A program made the position numbers and the translations under genes. A stretch of 64,000 nt of DNA. Source: Acidimicrobiaceae bacterium. GTDB lineage: Bacteria > Actinomycetota > Acidimicrobiia > Actinomarinales > Actinomarinaceae. Below the pieces are notes generated by a model. It was not told the origin of the DNA and did not search any database. It saw nothing but the letters and a program-made list of their open reading frames with translations. Numbering within the stretch: position 1 is the stretch's first letter; each line of letters opens with the position of its first letter. The stretch lies in contig JAOMBT010000003.1 in the NCBI GenBank assembly GCA_028344675.1, positions 288 through 64,287 of the forward strand, in the 5' to 3' direction. Positions 18,189-28,353 of this stretch are shown in pieces.

Positions 18189-19869
18189 TTTACTTACACA
18201 ACTATCAAATGATTTTTTTCAAAACTCTCTAGATTCTTCACCCACATCTGCAATTATGCGCGGTCATAAAGCATATTTTGAGAAGCTAGAAGAACTCACG
18301 GATGAAACTTTTAATAAGGAAGCCGAGGTAGTCGATGAGTTTATTTCTAGGTTAGAAAATATTGACCAAAACACTTTATCACACAGAGAAAAAGTAACTT
18401 ATGGCATGCTCGAGTTTGCTTTAAGTTCAAATAAAGACTCACTATTAGACAAGAGTTGGGAATTTGGTGCAGGAGTGTCGGGCTTTACTGGATTTCTAAT
18501 TGATTACAACCAGCAAATGTTTGTTCCTGATATAGAGTCAGCCGACATGTTGCTGAAAAGACTAGAGCTGTATAAGAGATTGTTTAATCAAATAGCTTCT
18601 GTACAAAAAGTAGGACTAGCCAACAATAGAGTTGCTACAGAGAGAAACTTACTTAGAACAATTGATCAGCTAGAAAATTATCTTTCTTCAGAAATAGATA
18701 AAGACCCATTATTGCTTGTAAATTTTTCGCCAGAAATAGCTGAGTCTCTAATATCAGAATGGAAAGAAAAAGCTAAGAAAATTATTGAAATGAACGTTAG
18801 ACCAGCTGTACTGACTTATATGGAGCAGCTTAAATTAGAGCATCTTCCTAACGGGCGATTGGATGAAAAGTCAGGAATTATGTGGATTGACGGTGGAAAA
18901 GAAACATATCTTAGAGCTTTAAGAAAATACACAGGGCATAAAGACATAACAGTTCAAGAAGTTCATGAGGTAGGGCTTTCTGAAATTGAAAGATTAAAAA
19001 AGGAGTTTTTTGAGTTCGGAGAAAGTGTATTTCCCGGAGTCACTACTCCAGAAGAAGTCATTCATAAAATGCAGACAGAACCATCAATGAGGTATGAAAG
19101 TAAACAACAAATGCTTCAATTAGCAGTTGATACTATTGAAAGAGCTTATAAGCCACTTGGGGATTGGTTTACGGTATTTCCAAAATCACCTTGTAAAGTA
19201 TTACCTGTCCCTAAGGCATCTGAACAACATGCACCACCTGCATATTATTATCCACCACTTCCTGATGGATCAAGAGATGGAACATATTTCCTAAATACAT
19301 ATAAAGCAGAAACGAAGAGTATTTTTGAAGCAGAATCTGTTGCTTTTCATGAGGCGATACCAGGACATCATTTAGATAGAACTATTGCAGTCGAGCTTCA
19401 AGATGTACCGGACTTTCAAAAGTATGTTGCTTCCACAGCATTTGTTGAGGGGTGGGGACTTTATTCAGAACAATTAGCTAATGAAATGGGTCTTTATTCC
19501 AATGATATCCAACAGCTTGGAAGACTTGGAAATGATGCATGGAGAGCATGTCGGCTTGTTCTTGATACAGGAATGCATGGCATGGGTTGGTCTCGAGATA
19601 AAGCAATTGAATTTTTCAAAGCAAACTCTCCAATTGAGGAAATAAATGCAGAAATTGAGACTGACAGATACATTGCTTGGCCAGGTCAAGCATGTTCTTA
19701 CAAAATGGGTCAGTTAAAAATTGAAGAGCTACGTAGAAAAGCTGAAAATGAACTAGGAGATAAGTTCGATATTAGATACTTCCATGATGAAGTCTTATGT
19801 GATGGTGGAATAACGCTTCCAATTTTAGAAAATAAGATTGATACATTTATTGCAAAGCATAAAAGCTAA
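18178..19869 (+). CDS. DUF885 family protein (putative metallopeptidase-like)
   Basis: 563 aa with the HEAIPGHH motif and C-terminal region typical of DUF885. Confidence 0.7.
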   Translation: MTTDLLTQLSNDFFQNSLDSSPTSAIMRGHKAYFEKLEELTDETFNKEAEVVDEFISRLENIDQNTLSHREKVTYGMLEFALSSNKDSLLDKSWEFGAGVSGFTGFLIDYNQQMFVPDIESADMLLKRLELYKRLFNQIASVQKVGLANNRVATERNLLRTIDQLENYLSSEIDKDPLLLVNFSPEIAESLISEWKEKAKKIIEMNVRPAVLTYMEQLKLEHLPNGRLDEKSGIMWIDGGKETYLRALRKYTGHKDITVQEVHEVGLSEIERLKKEFFEFGESVFPGVTTPEEVIHKMQTEPSMRYESKQQMLQLAVDTIERAYKPLGDWFTVFPKSPCKVLPVPKASEQHAPPAYYYPPLPDGSRDGTYFLNTYKAETKSIFEAESVAFHEAIPGHHLDRTIAVELQDVPDFQKYVASTAFVEGWGLYSEQLANEMGLYSNDIQQLGRLGNDAWRACRLVLDTGMHGMGWSRDKAIEFFKANSPIEEINAEIETDRYIAWPGQACSYKMGQLKIEELRRKAENELGDKFDIRYFHDEVLCDGGITLPILENKIDTFIAKHKS

Positions 19870-21011
19870 ACAAAAAGATAAGTAAGTTTTCTCCAGAACC
19901 ATTCAAGCGGACCATATCTCCACTTATCTAAAATTGGTTTTGACCAGTATATTTGCAACCCCCAAATAATGACTATATACAGAACTAATTGAGACCTTGA
20001 AAAAGTTCCAATTTCAAACAAACCACCAAGCAAAAAAACTCCAAGCAATGTTTGAGTTATATAGTTTGTAAATGCCATCTTCCCGCATGCACGTAATCTA
20101 GTTACAATACTTTCTCTAATTTTTATATTCATGATTGTTAACAATCCAACATAACCAAGCACCATTGGAATTAATGAGAGAGATTGCCAGAACCGACTGG
20201 TAATTGCAATTGCAGCGCTATATTCAGACGAAATAGGTAAATAAATACTATAAATTGAAAAAGGCAAACCTATGGCAAATCCGTAAAACATCAGATTTTT
20301 ATAAAAACTGAGCCCCTTAGTCCCTTGAATTATATTTAGTTTGTATAGTAAAATTCCAACAACCATTAAAGTTATTGATCTTAAGATCTGGTCTAGAGCA
20401 AACAAAAGTATAAATATATTTCCAAACCCAGATTCCTCAGGAAACCAAAACTTTCCTAAATTTAAAGAACCACCCTCACTTGCAGCAACTACCCAGGCTG
20501 AATCTAAAATTAAATTTCCAGAATTATCATATAAAGAACCAACATAATTTATGAGCAAAAGGTCTATAAAAACTAAAAAAGTGATAAAAAATATTGTTAT
20601 TTTATTATTTTGAATTTGAGGAAATAAAACTATGCAAAAAGCGCACAAAGCATAAATTATGAGAACATCTCCTTCCCAAATTGATGTATGAGCAATGCCA
20701 AATAAAAGTAATAAAAAGTTTCTCCAAAAAGATAGTAATTTAGGTCTTTTAACTTTTTGCTTAGCATTATCAAGAAAAATCATGAGCCCAACACCAAAAA
20801 GCATTGAAAATAACCCCATCATTTTATATTCGAAAAATACGGAAGAGATAACGATAACAATCCAATCTAGTAAGTTTTCGGCCCCATAAGCGGAGTGATT
20901 GATCATAGCTGTAATAGGTAAACCAAATGATATTACATTTATTACAAGTATCCCAAGAACAGCAAAGCCCCTAATAAAGTCGAGGTTAGTAATTCTTTGA
21001 GAAGAGTTCAT
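19866..21011 (-). CDS. DUF418 (YeiB-like) membrane protein
   Basis: 381-aa polytopic ORF. The N-terminal RITNLDFIRGFAVLGILVINV is typical of the YeiB/DUF418 family. Confidence 0.65.
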   Translation of the reverse strand: MNSSQRITNLDFIRGFAVLGILVINVISFGLPITAMINHSAYGAENLLDWIVIVISSVFFEYKMMGLFSMLFGVGLMIFLDNAKQKVKRPKLLSFWRNFLLLLFGIAHTSIWEGDVLIIYALCAFCIVLFPQIQNNKITIFFITFLVFIDLLLINYVGSLYDNSGNLILDSAWVVAASEGGSLNLGKFWFPEESGFGNIFILLFALDQILRSITLMVVGILLYKLNIIQGTKGLSFYKNLMFYGFAIGLPFSIYSIYLPISSEYSAAIAITSRFWQSLSLIPMVLGYVGLLTIMNIKIRESIVTRLRACGKMAFTNYITQTLLGVFLLGGLFEIGTFSRSQLVLYIVIIWGLQIYWSKPILDKWRYGPLEWFWRKLTYLFV

Positions 21012-21015
21012 TTAA

Positions 21016-21231
21016 TTATTCTTCTTCGATATAACTTTTATTAAACATCCAAAGGATTGTGTAAGACAAAGCAAGGCCGAATATATAGAAATTAAAGTTT
21101 GGAAGTTCGTTAATTTCTAATCCAAAAATATCATCAACTATAGCTATTACAACTTTGAGAATAATTCCAGAACCAATTAATCTACCAAAACTAAATTTTT
21201 TTAAAAATGGAATTATATTTCCAGAATCCAT
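21016..21231 (-). CDS. Small membrane protein (71 aa), unknown function
   Basis: ORF track with two predicted hydrophobic helices. It lies 8 nt downstream of hspR on the same strand. Confidence 0.4.
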   Translation of the reverse strand: MDSGNIIPFLKKFSFGRLIGSGIILKVVIAIVDDIFGLEINELPNFNFYIFGLALSYTILWMFNKSYIEEE

Positions 21232-21239
21232 GATTCAAA

Positions 21240-21629
21240 TTATATATTCTTTCTAATATTTTTATTCGAATTTTTGACTATCTCATTCTTATAACTCTGA
21301 TGGATGTCTTTTTCTTGTTTGATATGTTGAATTTTTTCTTGGCTCACTTCTTCTTGTAAAGATAGTATCTTTTCTTGAAGTTCTTCTATCTTATCTCTCA
21401 TTTCATAAATAATTTTTATACCATCAAGGTTGATTCCTCTCTGGGATAACTCTTGTATTTGTATCAATTTATCTATATCATTTTGTGAATATCTTCGAGT
21501 ACCTCCGCCAGTTCTATAGGGTTTTATAAGCCCCTTTTCCTCATAAGATCTTATTGTTTGATGGTGGATTCCTGAAAGAGAGGATGCCACAGATATGAAG
21601 TATATTGAAGTTGAACTCTCTTTATTCAT
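21240..21629 (-). CDS. hspR: Heat-shock transcriptional repressor HspR (MerR family)
   Basis: 129 aa with a MerR-type HTH (YFISVASSLSGIHHQTIRSYEEKGLIKPYRTGGGTRRYSQNDI). It is the last gene of a dnaK-grpE-dnaJ-hspR arrangement and overlaps dnaJ by 8 nt. Confidence 0.85.
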   Translation of the reverse strand: MNKESSTSIYFISVASSLSGIHHQTIRSYEEKGLIKPYRTGGGTRRYSQNDIDKLIQIQELSQRGINLDGIKIIYEMRDKIEELQEKILSLQEEVSQEKIQHIKQEKDIHQSYKNEIVKNSNKNIRKNI

Positions 21630-22701
21630 ACAGATAATCTCTTGGTGTATCGCCTGATTCGAATTGATCTCTGTAACTTTCTAGGTGTTTTTTTGCAGAC
21701 CTTGAAAGATTTTGTGGTGGGTTTAAATACACCCTAATGTATAGGTCACCAGACCTTCTCCCCTGAGGTGAAATGCCTTCACCCTTCACTTTAAAGGTTT
21801 TACCACTAGGGGTACCAGCAGGAATTTTTAGAGAAATCTGTTTTTTAAGTGTAGGAATTCTAATTGTTGAGCCTAGTGCCGCTTCAGTAAACAACAATGG
21901 AACATCTAAAACTAAGTCACTACCATTTCTTTTGAAGTATTGGTGTGGCTCTACAGCTATCTGTACAAGAAGATCTCCATCTGGAGCCCCGCTATCACCA
22001 GGACCCCCGTAGCCTCGAAGTCTTATAACCGTTCCATTATCCACACCCGCTGGAATTTTTACTTTTACTGTTTCATTTTTTATGACCATACCTTGTGCTT
22101 TACAAGTTTTACATTGTTTATCTATAATACTCCCTTGACCTCTGCACGCTTGACATGGTTGTGCAAATGAAAAGAAGCCCTGGTTTGAAGCTGTTTGTCC
22201 GGAACCACTGCAAATATTACAAGTATGATAAGCAGTACCATTTTCCGATCCGTTGCCCCTACAATCGGCACAAGAAACTTCTTTTCGAAGTGGAACATTT
22301 GTTTCAAGACCAGATGCAGATTCTATGAATGAAATTGTTAAATTAGTTTGGTAGCTTTGACCCTTCCTTCTTCCACTTCCACCAAAACCACCAAAAATAT
22401 CACCTAAATTACCAAAAATATCTCCTAGGTCGTCAACATTAAAACCTCCTTGCCCACTAAATGCAGAGGCCCCCATGGCTCTAACCTGGTCATATTCTTG
22501 ACGTTTTTTTTGATCTGTTAAGACTGAGCTCGCTTCTGAGATATCTTTGAATCTTTTTTCAGCTTCAGAGTCTCCTGGATTTAAGTCTGGATGATTTTCT
22601 CTGGCTAACTTTTTATAACTTTTTTTAATATCATCGGTAGACGCATTTTGTGTAACGCCAAGAACTTTATAAAAATCTTTATCTAGCCAGTCTCTATTCA
22701 C
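21622..22701 (-). CDS. dnaJ: Molecular chaperone DnaJ
   Basis: J domain with HPD (ENHPDLNP), a G/F-rich linker and four CxxCxGxG zinc-finger repeats. Confidence 0.95.
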   Translation of the reverse strand: MNRDWLDKDFYKVLGVTQNASTDDIKKSYKKLARENHPDLNPGDSEAEKRFKDISEASSVLTDQKKRQEYDQVRAMGASAFSGQGGFNVDDLGDIFGNLGDIFGGFGGSGRRKGQSYQTNLTISFIESASGLETNVPLRKEVSCADCRGNGSENGTAYHTCNICSGSGQTASNQGFFSFAQPCQACRGQGSIIDKQCKTCKAQGMVIKNETVKVKIPAGVDNGTVIRLRGYGGPGDSGAPDGDLLVQIAVEPHQYFKRNGSDLVLDVPLLFTEAALGSTIRIPTLKKQISLKIPAGTPSGKTFKVKGEGISPQGRRSGDLYIRVYLNPPQNLSRSAKKHLESYRDQFESGDTPRDYLYE

Positions 22702-23209
22702 TATGGACTTTTACCATGGCTGGCCTGAGTAATCTACCGTCTATTTCATAACCTTTTCTATGGACTTCTCCAACCAGTTCTTCAGCACCCTCTCCAGATT
22801 TTTCTACAGCTTCATGAAAAGAGGGATTAAAAGGCTCTCCAACACCAGGAACCTCTTTTACATTAAAAGTATCTAAAAATGCTTGAGCCATTTTATATAG
22901 GGCATCAATCTCATTGGGAGAGTCTTCTCGATTAACAGCAATCTCAAAGTTATCTATCAAAGGAAGTAAAGAGGAGATAATCATAGAAAGAGACGTAACC
23001 AGACTCATACTTTTTTCTTTTTCAGCTCTTTTTTTAAAATTATCAAAATCAGCTGCAAGTCTCAAATAGTCATCTTTCATTTTTTCATACTGCTCTAAAG
23101 AAACACTATTTTCCTCAGGTGTCTCCTCAGGTGTCTCCTCAGGTGTCTCCTCAGGTGTCTCCTCAGGCTTATCTAAATCTTTGGAATGATTAGTGTCATC
23201 CTTACTCAT
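22694..23209 (-). CDS. grpE: Nucleotide exchange factor GrpE
   Basis: 171 aa with a GrpE C-terminal domain ([11 protein letters not shown] ... [16 protein letters not shown]). It sits between dnaK and dnaJ. Confidence 0.9.
   Translation of the reverse strand: MSKDDTNHSKDLDKPEETPEETPEETPEETPEENSVSLEQYEKMKDDYLRLAADFDNFKKRAEKEKSMSLVTSLSMIISSLLPLIDNFEIAVNREDSPNEIDALYKMAQAFLDTFNVKEVPGVGEPFNPSFHEAVEKSGEGAEELVGEVHRKGYEIDGRLLRPAMVKVHSE
23111..23167. repeat. 12-bp tandem repeat (TCCTCAGGTGTC x4 plus a partial copy) encoding (PEET)n in the GrpE N-terminus
   Basis: Read directly from the sequence. The protein shows [19 protein letters not shown]. Confidence 0.9.
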
Positions 23210-25016
23210 CTTCTACAACTTCGCCTTCGACTACATCATCATTTTCTACATCTTCAGACGAATTCTCTTGAGCCTCTTGTTGGGCTTCTGCATAAAGCTT
23301 TTCAGCAAATGACTGACTAGCCTTAGTTAATTCCTCTATAGAATTTTTAATCTCTTCTAAAGAAGCATCTTCATTCTCAAGAACTTTTGATACAGCTTCT
23401 TTACCCTCAGTTATAGAAGCAATTTCTTCTTCAGTTGCTTTATCTTTATTCTCATCAAGCATTTTTTCTGTAGAAGTAATCATTCCTTCAGCTAAGTTTC
23501 TTGTTTCTATGAGCTCTTTTTTTTGAGCATCTTCATTAGCGTGTGTCTCAGCATCTTTAATCATCCTCTCGATTTCATCATCTTCAAGAGCTGTTCCTCC
23601 CGTAATAGTAATATTTTGTTCTTTACCAGTACCAAGATCTTTTGCATTAACATTTACTATTCCATTTGCATCGATGTCAAAAGTTACCTCAATTTGGGGC
23701 GTCCCTTGTTTTGCTGTAGGAATTTCTGTAAGTTTAAATTTACCTAAAGATTTATTACCTGAAGCCATTTCTCGTTCACCCTGAAGTACATGAATTTCAA
23801 CCTCAGTTTGTCCATCTTCAGCTGTGGTAAATGTCTCGGATCTCTTGGTGGGGATGGTAGTATTCCTTTCAATCATTTTTGCAACAATCCCTCCCTTGGT
23901 TTCAACTCCTAAAGTTAAAGGAGTAACATCAAGAAGTAACACATCTTTTACATCACCTTTAAGAACGCCAGCCTGTATAGCTGCCCCAGAGGCTACCACT
24001 TCATCTGGATTAACACCTTTGTGCGGATTTTTACCAGTCATGCTTTTTACTAAAGCTTGGATTGATGGAATTCTTGTTGACCCACCGACTAGAATAATAT
24101 GATCAATATCAGAATATGATAGGCCAGCATCTTCAATAGCTTTTTCAACAGGTCTTTTTGTTCGTTCTACTAAGTCAGAAGTAATTTTTTCGAATTCACT
24201 TCTAGATAATTTCTCCAGTAAATGTTGCGGCCCGGCATCATTTGCAGTAATAAATGGTAAGTTTACTTCTGTTTCACTAGTTGAAGAAAGTTCAATTTTT
24301 GCTTTTTCTGCACCTTCTTTAATTCTTTGCATGGCCATATTATCAGTAGAGATATCGATACCAGTTGATGATTTAAATTTTTCAACTAGCCAATCCATTA
24401 CTTTTTGATCCCAATCATCTCCACCTAATTTTGAATCACCAGCTGTAGATTTAACTTCAAAAACACCTTCAGATATTTCTAGTACGGAAACATCAAATGT
24501 GCCCCCACCTAGATCATAAACTAATATTTTTTGATCTTCGCTATTTTCTAAACCATAAGCTAATGATGCTGCAGTCGGCTCATTAATAATTCTTAATACA
24601 TTAAGACCAGCAATCTTTCCCGCTTCTTTTGTTGCCTGACGTTCAGCATCATTAAAATATGCTGGAACTGTAATTACAGCTTCAGTTACATCTTCACCAA
24701 GATATGATTCGGCATCTCTTTTTAATTTTTGCAAAATTCTTGCTGATATTTCTTGAGGTGTGTATTCATTACCTTCAAATTTTTGTTTCCAAGACGTTCC
24801 TATCTCTCTTTTAATTGACCTTATTGTGTTATCAGGGTTTGTTATTGCTTGTCTTTTAGCAAGCTCTCCCACAAGAACTTCCTCACCCTTAAAGGCAACA
24901 ATAGAAGGAGTAGTTCTATTTCCTTCTGCATTTGCCACCACTGTCGGCTCGCCACCTTCTAATACTGCTACAACACTGTTTGTAGTTCCTAAGTCGATTC
25001 CAACGGCTTTTCCCAT
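23202..25016 (-). CDS. dnaK: Molecular chaperone DnaK (Hsp70)
   Basis: 604 aa with canonical Hsp70 motifs ([28 protein letters not shown]). Confidence 0.98.
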   Translation of the reverse strand: MGKAVGIDLGTTNSVVAVLEGGEPTVVANAEGNRTTPSIVAFKGEEVLVGELAKRQAITNPDNTIRSIKREIGTSWKQKFEGNEYTPQEISARILQKLKRDAESYLGEDVTEAVITVPAYFNDAERQATKEAGKIAGLNVLRIINEPTAASLAYGLENSEDQKILVYDLGGGTFDVSVLEISEGVFEVKSTAGDSKLGGDDWDQKVMDWLVEKFKSSTGIDISTDNMAMQRIKEGAEKAKIELSSTSETEVNLPFITANDAGPQHLLEKLSRSEFEKITSDLVERTKRPVEKAIEDAGLSYSDIDHIILVGGSTRIPSIQALVKSMTGKNPHKGVNPDEVVASGAAIQAGVLKGDVKDVLLLDVTPLTLGVETKGGIVAKMIERNTTIPTKRSETFTTAEDGQTEVEIHVLQGEREMASGNKSLGKFKLTEIPTAKQGTPQIEVTFDIDANGIVNVNAKDLGTGKEQNITITGGTALEDDEIERMIKDAETHANEDAQKKELIETRNLAEGMITSTEKMLDENKDKATEEEIASITEGKEAVSKVLENEDASLEEIKNSIEELTKASQSFAEKLYAEAQQEAQENSSEDVENDDVVEGEVVEDE

Positions 25017-25040
25017 AATCTTTAATCCTTTCTTAAGTGT

Positions 25041-25241
25041 TTAATTAAGTTCTTGCTCTCTAGGTAGATGACCACGTACTCTTGGGTAGGAGACAGGCGC
25101 ATGAAGAAAGCAAAACTTCTTCTTGTTATACATACTTATAAAAGTTTCACAAGATTCAAATTCACAGACACGTCCAGAAGTATATTTTTTAGATCTTCTA
25201 ATGCCAGGCTTTACTTGTGATGCTGTTAGCGTACCACTCAT
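25041..25241 (-). CDS. Small (66 aa) Cys-x4-Cys...Cys-x2-His putative zinc-binding protein; first gene of the dnaK operon; paralog of 266..460
   Basis: ORF track. Motifs GRVCEFESC and FCFLHAPVSYPRVRG. AGGAG Shine-Dalgarno upstream. Only 24 nt separate its stop from the dnaK ATG. Confidence 0.7.
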   Translation of the reverse strand: MSGTLTASQVKPGIRRSKKYTSGRVCEFESCETFISMYNKKKFCFLHAPVSYPRVRGHLPREQELN

Positions 25242-25275
25242 TTATTCTCCTAATCTATATAATTCATTATATATA

Positions 25276-25297
25276 ATCTAAGTAAAATTACTTAGAT
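25276..25297. promoter_or_regulatory. 22-bp palindrome ATCTAAGTAA-AA-TTACTTAGAT, candidate HspR operator (HAIR-like) abutting a TATAAT-like -10 box
   Basis: 10-bp perfect arms read directly. On the minus strand it is immediately followed by TATATATAAT, about 35 nt upstream of the ATG at 25241. The half-site CTAAGT/ACTTAG resembles the actinobacterial HAIR CTTGAGT-N7-ACTCAAG, but the spacing differs by 1. Confidence 0.5.
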
Positions 25298-25400
25298 TTA
25301 ATAAAATATATCACATTTTGAAATTTATCCAAAATATTTTTACATAAATTTTAAATTTTCAATAATTAGTAACTTTTCACTCACCTGATAGTATTAACTA

Positions 25401-26201
25401 ATGGTAAAAACTGAAATTCATATAATTGGTCTTGGGAACCTTGGCTCTGCTTTTCTTGAAGGCTTTACGTCTTTTGATGAAAATTATTTAATAAAAGTTT
25501 ATGAATTAAACAATGATGTTTTAGAGATTTATAAAAACAAATACCCAGAATATAAATATCATACTAACTTAGACCAAGTTAAATCTGGTGTGTTAATTCT
25601 ATGTGTTAAGCCACAAACAATTAACAAAATATTTGATCAAATTAAATATACGATTCATGAAGATGTTTTAATTTGCTCACCTATTGCAGGTTTGGATATT
25701 GATCATATTTCAAAATTAATTAATAATAAAATTATAAGAATAATGCCAAATTTACTAATCAGAAATAACAAGGGTTTTATCCCGTATTCTAAAAATTATG
25801 ATGATGATTATCTAGACTTTATTCAACTAACTCTTAACAATCTTGGAGACACAAAAGAATTCTCTGAAAAATACTTTCCAGTCATAACAGCATTATCTGG
25901 TAGTGGACCTGCATGGTTCTTTGCGCTTTCGAATGAATTAGTGAAAGCTGGTAACAAATTAGGACTTTCGAATCAAGAATCAGAATTACTAGTTAATAAG
26001 ATTATTAATGGCCTTCCAGATCTTATAGCTTCCGGTGATAGATTTCCAGAACTTATCAAAAAAGTTAAGTCTCCAAAAGGAACAACTGAAGCCGGTCTCA
26101 ATTCGCTACAAAATGACTCATTTGATACAATAATCCTAGATGCTATTGAAAAAGCTACTCAAAGATCAATTGAATTGTCAAAAGAGTTAAAAAGTGAATA
26201 A
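25401..26201 (+). CDS. proC: Pyrroline-5-carboxylate reductase
   Basis: 266 aa with an N-terminal Rossmann motif (IIGLGNLGSA) and the C-terminal SPKGTTEAGL motif typical of ProC. Confidence 0.85.
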   Translation: MVKTEIHIIGLGNLGSAFLEGFTSFDENYLIKVYELNNDVLEIYKNKYPEYKYHTNLDQVKSGVLILCVKPQTINKIFDQIKYTIHEDVLICSPIAGLDIDHISKLINNKIIRIMPNLLIRNNKGFIPYSKNYDDDYLDFIQLTLNNLGDTKEFSEKYFPVITALSGSGPAWFFALSNELVKAGNKLGLSNQESELLVNKIINGLPDLIASGDRFPELIKKVKSPKGTTEAGLNSLQNDSFDTIILDAIEKATQRSIELSKELKSE

Positions 26202-28353
26202 AATATTCAAAAACTTTAAAGCAAATGATTATGTGCTCCTATTTTCTGCTGGGGCTTCTATTGGAACCCTCTTTTTATGGGGTGCAAGCTATATATTTCC
26301 AGAGGGAGAAATAGTTGGTGGTAGGAGAGTATTTGAAAATATTCCAAAAGTTCTTCAATATATTTTCTATGTTTTAAGTGCTGCAACAATTTTTATTTCT
26401 GGTTATTTATTTTCTTTAAGAGTTAAAAATTGGACTAGGGGCAAAGAAGAAAAAAGAAAAGTGAAACTCAGTGAACGAATATTAAGCCTTCTTGATGGCT
26501 TAACTATGAGAACTGTTTTAAGATTTAAGGCTGCTGGTTTAATGCATTCGTTAATATATATTGGCTTCCTTGGTTTATTTGCAGGAACTGTTACTTTAGA
26601 GGTTCATCACTTAATGCCACCATCTTTAAAGTTTTTACAAGGTACTACATATATTGTTTATTCATTTACATTAGAACTCGCAACTATTGCATACTTAACT
26701 GGTTTATTTTGGGCTCTTGTAAGAAGATTAAGAGGTGCTGAATACAGAATTCAAACAAAAACAACATCTGATGATTATTTAACACTCTCACTACTAATTT
26801 TTATAGGTATTTCTGGAATTACCACAGAAGCAGGTCGTATTGCTTTAGAAGGTTTTCCGGACTATGAAAGATGGTCGTTTATAGGCTATGCTTTTGCTGA
26901 TTTAATTAACCTAACAAATCCGAGCTTGTTTCACAGAATTTCATGGATATTACATGTTGTATCCTTCTTAGTATTTCTTATTGCAATTCCACTATCTAAA
27001 TTAAGACATATATTTACTTCTCCAATCAATATGTTTATGTCGCCAAAAGAAAGACATAAAGGTGCAATGAAAGATATTGGAAACTTACTGGAAGCAGAAG
27101 ATATTGATAATGTTGGGGCAGGAATAATTGATCACTTTACATGGAAACAATTAATGGATTTAGATGCATGTACAGTTTGTGGAAGGTGTACGTCTGTATG
27201 CCCCGCTAACCAGACTGGAAAGTCTCTTGATCCTAGAGAAATTATTTTAAAAGTTGGTCAAGTTATGTCAGAGTCTGGTGACCCAGCAGTGACAGCAACA
27301 GTTACTACACCTGGACCACTGAGAGTAAATTCTTCAAACGTTTTTGAGAGAATCACTTCTGAAGAAATATGGGCTTGTACTTCTTGCAGGGCTTGTGATG
27401 AAATATGTCCAGTCAATATTGAAATATTAGATAAGATTTTGGATATGAGAAGGCATTTAGCATTAATGGAATCAGATTTTCCTTCTGAATTAGGAAAAGC
27501 ATATGTAGCAATGGAAAACTCATCTAATCCATGGGGTGCTTCACAGAACGATAGACTTAAATGGACAGAAGATTTAGATTTTGAAGTCCCTATTTTGGAT
27601 GAAAAGAATCATGAAGAGTATGACTATTTGTATTGGGTAGGTTGTGCTGGTGCATTCGATGATAGAAACGTGCCCGTGACTAAGGCAGTTGCAAAGTTAT
27701 TAGATAGGGCCGGTGTGACCTATGCTGTTCTTGGCCCAAAAGAAGTTTGCACAGGAGATTCTGCTAGAAGAACAGGTAACGAATTTGTATTTCAACAATT
27801 AGCTATTCAAAATATTGAAAATATGAATAATTTAAAAGTTGAAAAAATTATAACTCAATGTCCACACTGCTTCAATACAATTTCAAATGAGTATCCACAA
27901 TTGGGAGGTAATTATGAAGTAATACACCATAGCCAATTGTTAACTGAGTTAGTTCAATCTGGAAGAATAGAAGTTGGTACAAGTGACAAGCCTTATAAAA
28001 TTACATACCACGATTCATGTTATCTAGGTAGGCATAATGATATCTACACTGCCCCTAGAGAGATTGTTGGATCTATAGGCGGAATTGAAATAAGAGAAAT
28101 GAAACGTCAAGGAACTAAAAGTTTTTGTTGTGGTGCTGGTGGAGGAAGAATGTGGATGGAAGAATCGACAGGCACAAAAGTCAATATTGAACGATCACAA
28201 GAAGCAATCGACACTGGTGCAGATGAAGTGGCAGTAGCTTGCCCATTTTGTTACATTATGATGGATGATGGAGTAAAAGAGCTTGGTTATGGGGATAATG
28301 TAAAAGTTCGTGACGTATCCCTGATATTATTAGATAATCTTAAAAAAGATTAA
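26194..28353 (+). CDS. Membrane-anchored Fe-S oxidoreductase (NarI-like TM domain fused to an HdrD/GlpC-like domain; Rv0338c-like)
   Basis: 719 aa. The N-terminal polytopic region is followed by two 4Fe-4S ferredoxin motifs (CTVCGRCTSVCP, CTSCRACDEICP) and two Cys-rich CCG-type domains (CPHC..., CCGAGGG..., CPFC). GTG start overlaps proC by 8 nt. Confidence 0.8.
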   Translation: MNKIFKNFKANDYVLLFSAGASIGTLFLWGASYIFPEGEIVGGRRVFENIPKVLQYIFYVLSAATIFISGYLFSLRVKNWTRGKEEKRKVKLSERILSLLDGLTMRTVLRFKAAGLMHSLIYIGFLGLFAGTVTLEVHHLMPPSLKFLQGTTYIVYSFTLELATIAYLTGLFWALVRRLRGAEYRIQTKTTSDDYLTLSLLIFIGISGITTEAGRIALEGFPDYERWSFIGYAFADLINLTNPSLFHRISWILHVVSFLVFLIAIPLSKLRHIFTSPINMFMSPKERHKGAMKDIGNLLEAEDIDNVGAGIIDHFTWKQLMDLDACTVCGRCTSVCPANQTGKSLDPREIILKVGQVMSESGDPAVTATVTTPGPLRVNSSNVFERITSEEIWACTSCRACDEICPVNIEILDKILDMRRHLALMESDFPSELGKAYVAMENSSNPWGASQNDRLKWTEDLDFEVPILDEKNHEEYDYLYWVGCAGAFDDRNVPVTKAVAKLLDRAGVTYAVLGPKEVCTGDSARRTGNEFVFQQLAIQNIENMNNLKVEKIITQCPHCFNTISNEYPQLGGNYEVIHHSQLLTELVQSGRIEVGTSDKPYKITYHDSCYLGRHNDIYTAPREIVGSIGGIEIREMKRQGTKSFCCGAGGGRMWMEESTGTKVNIERSQEAIDTGADEVAVACPFCYIMMDDGVKELGYGDNVKVRDVSLILLDNLKKD

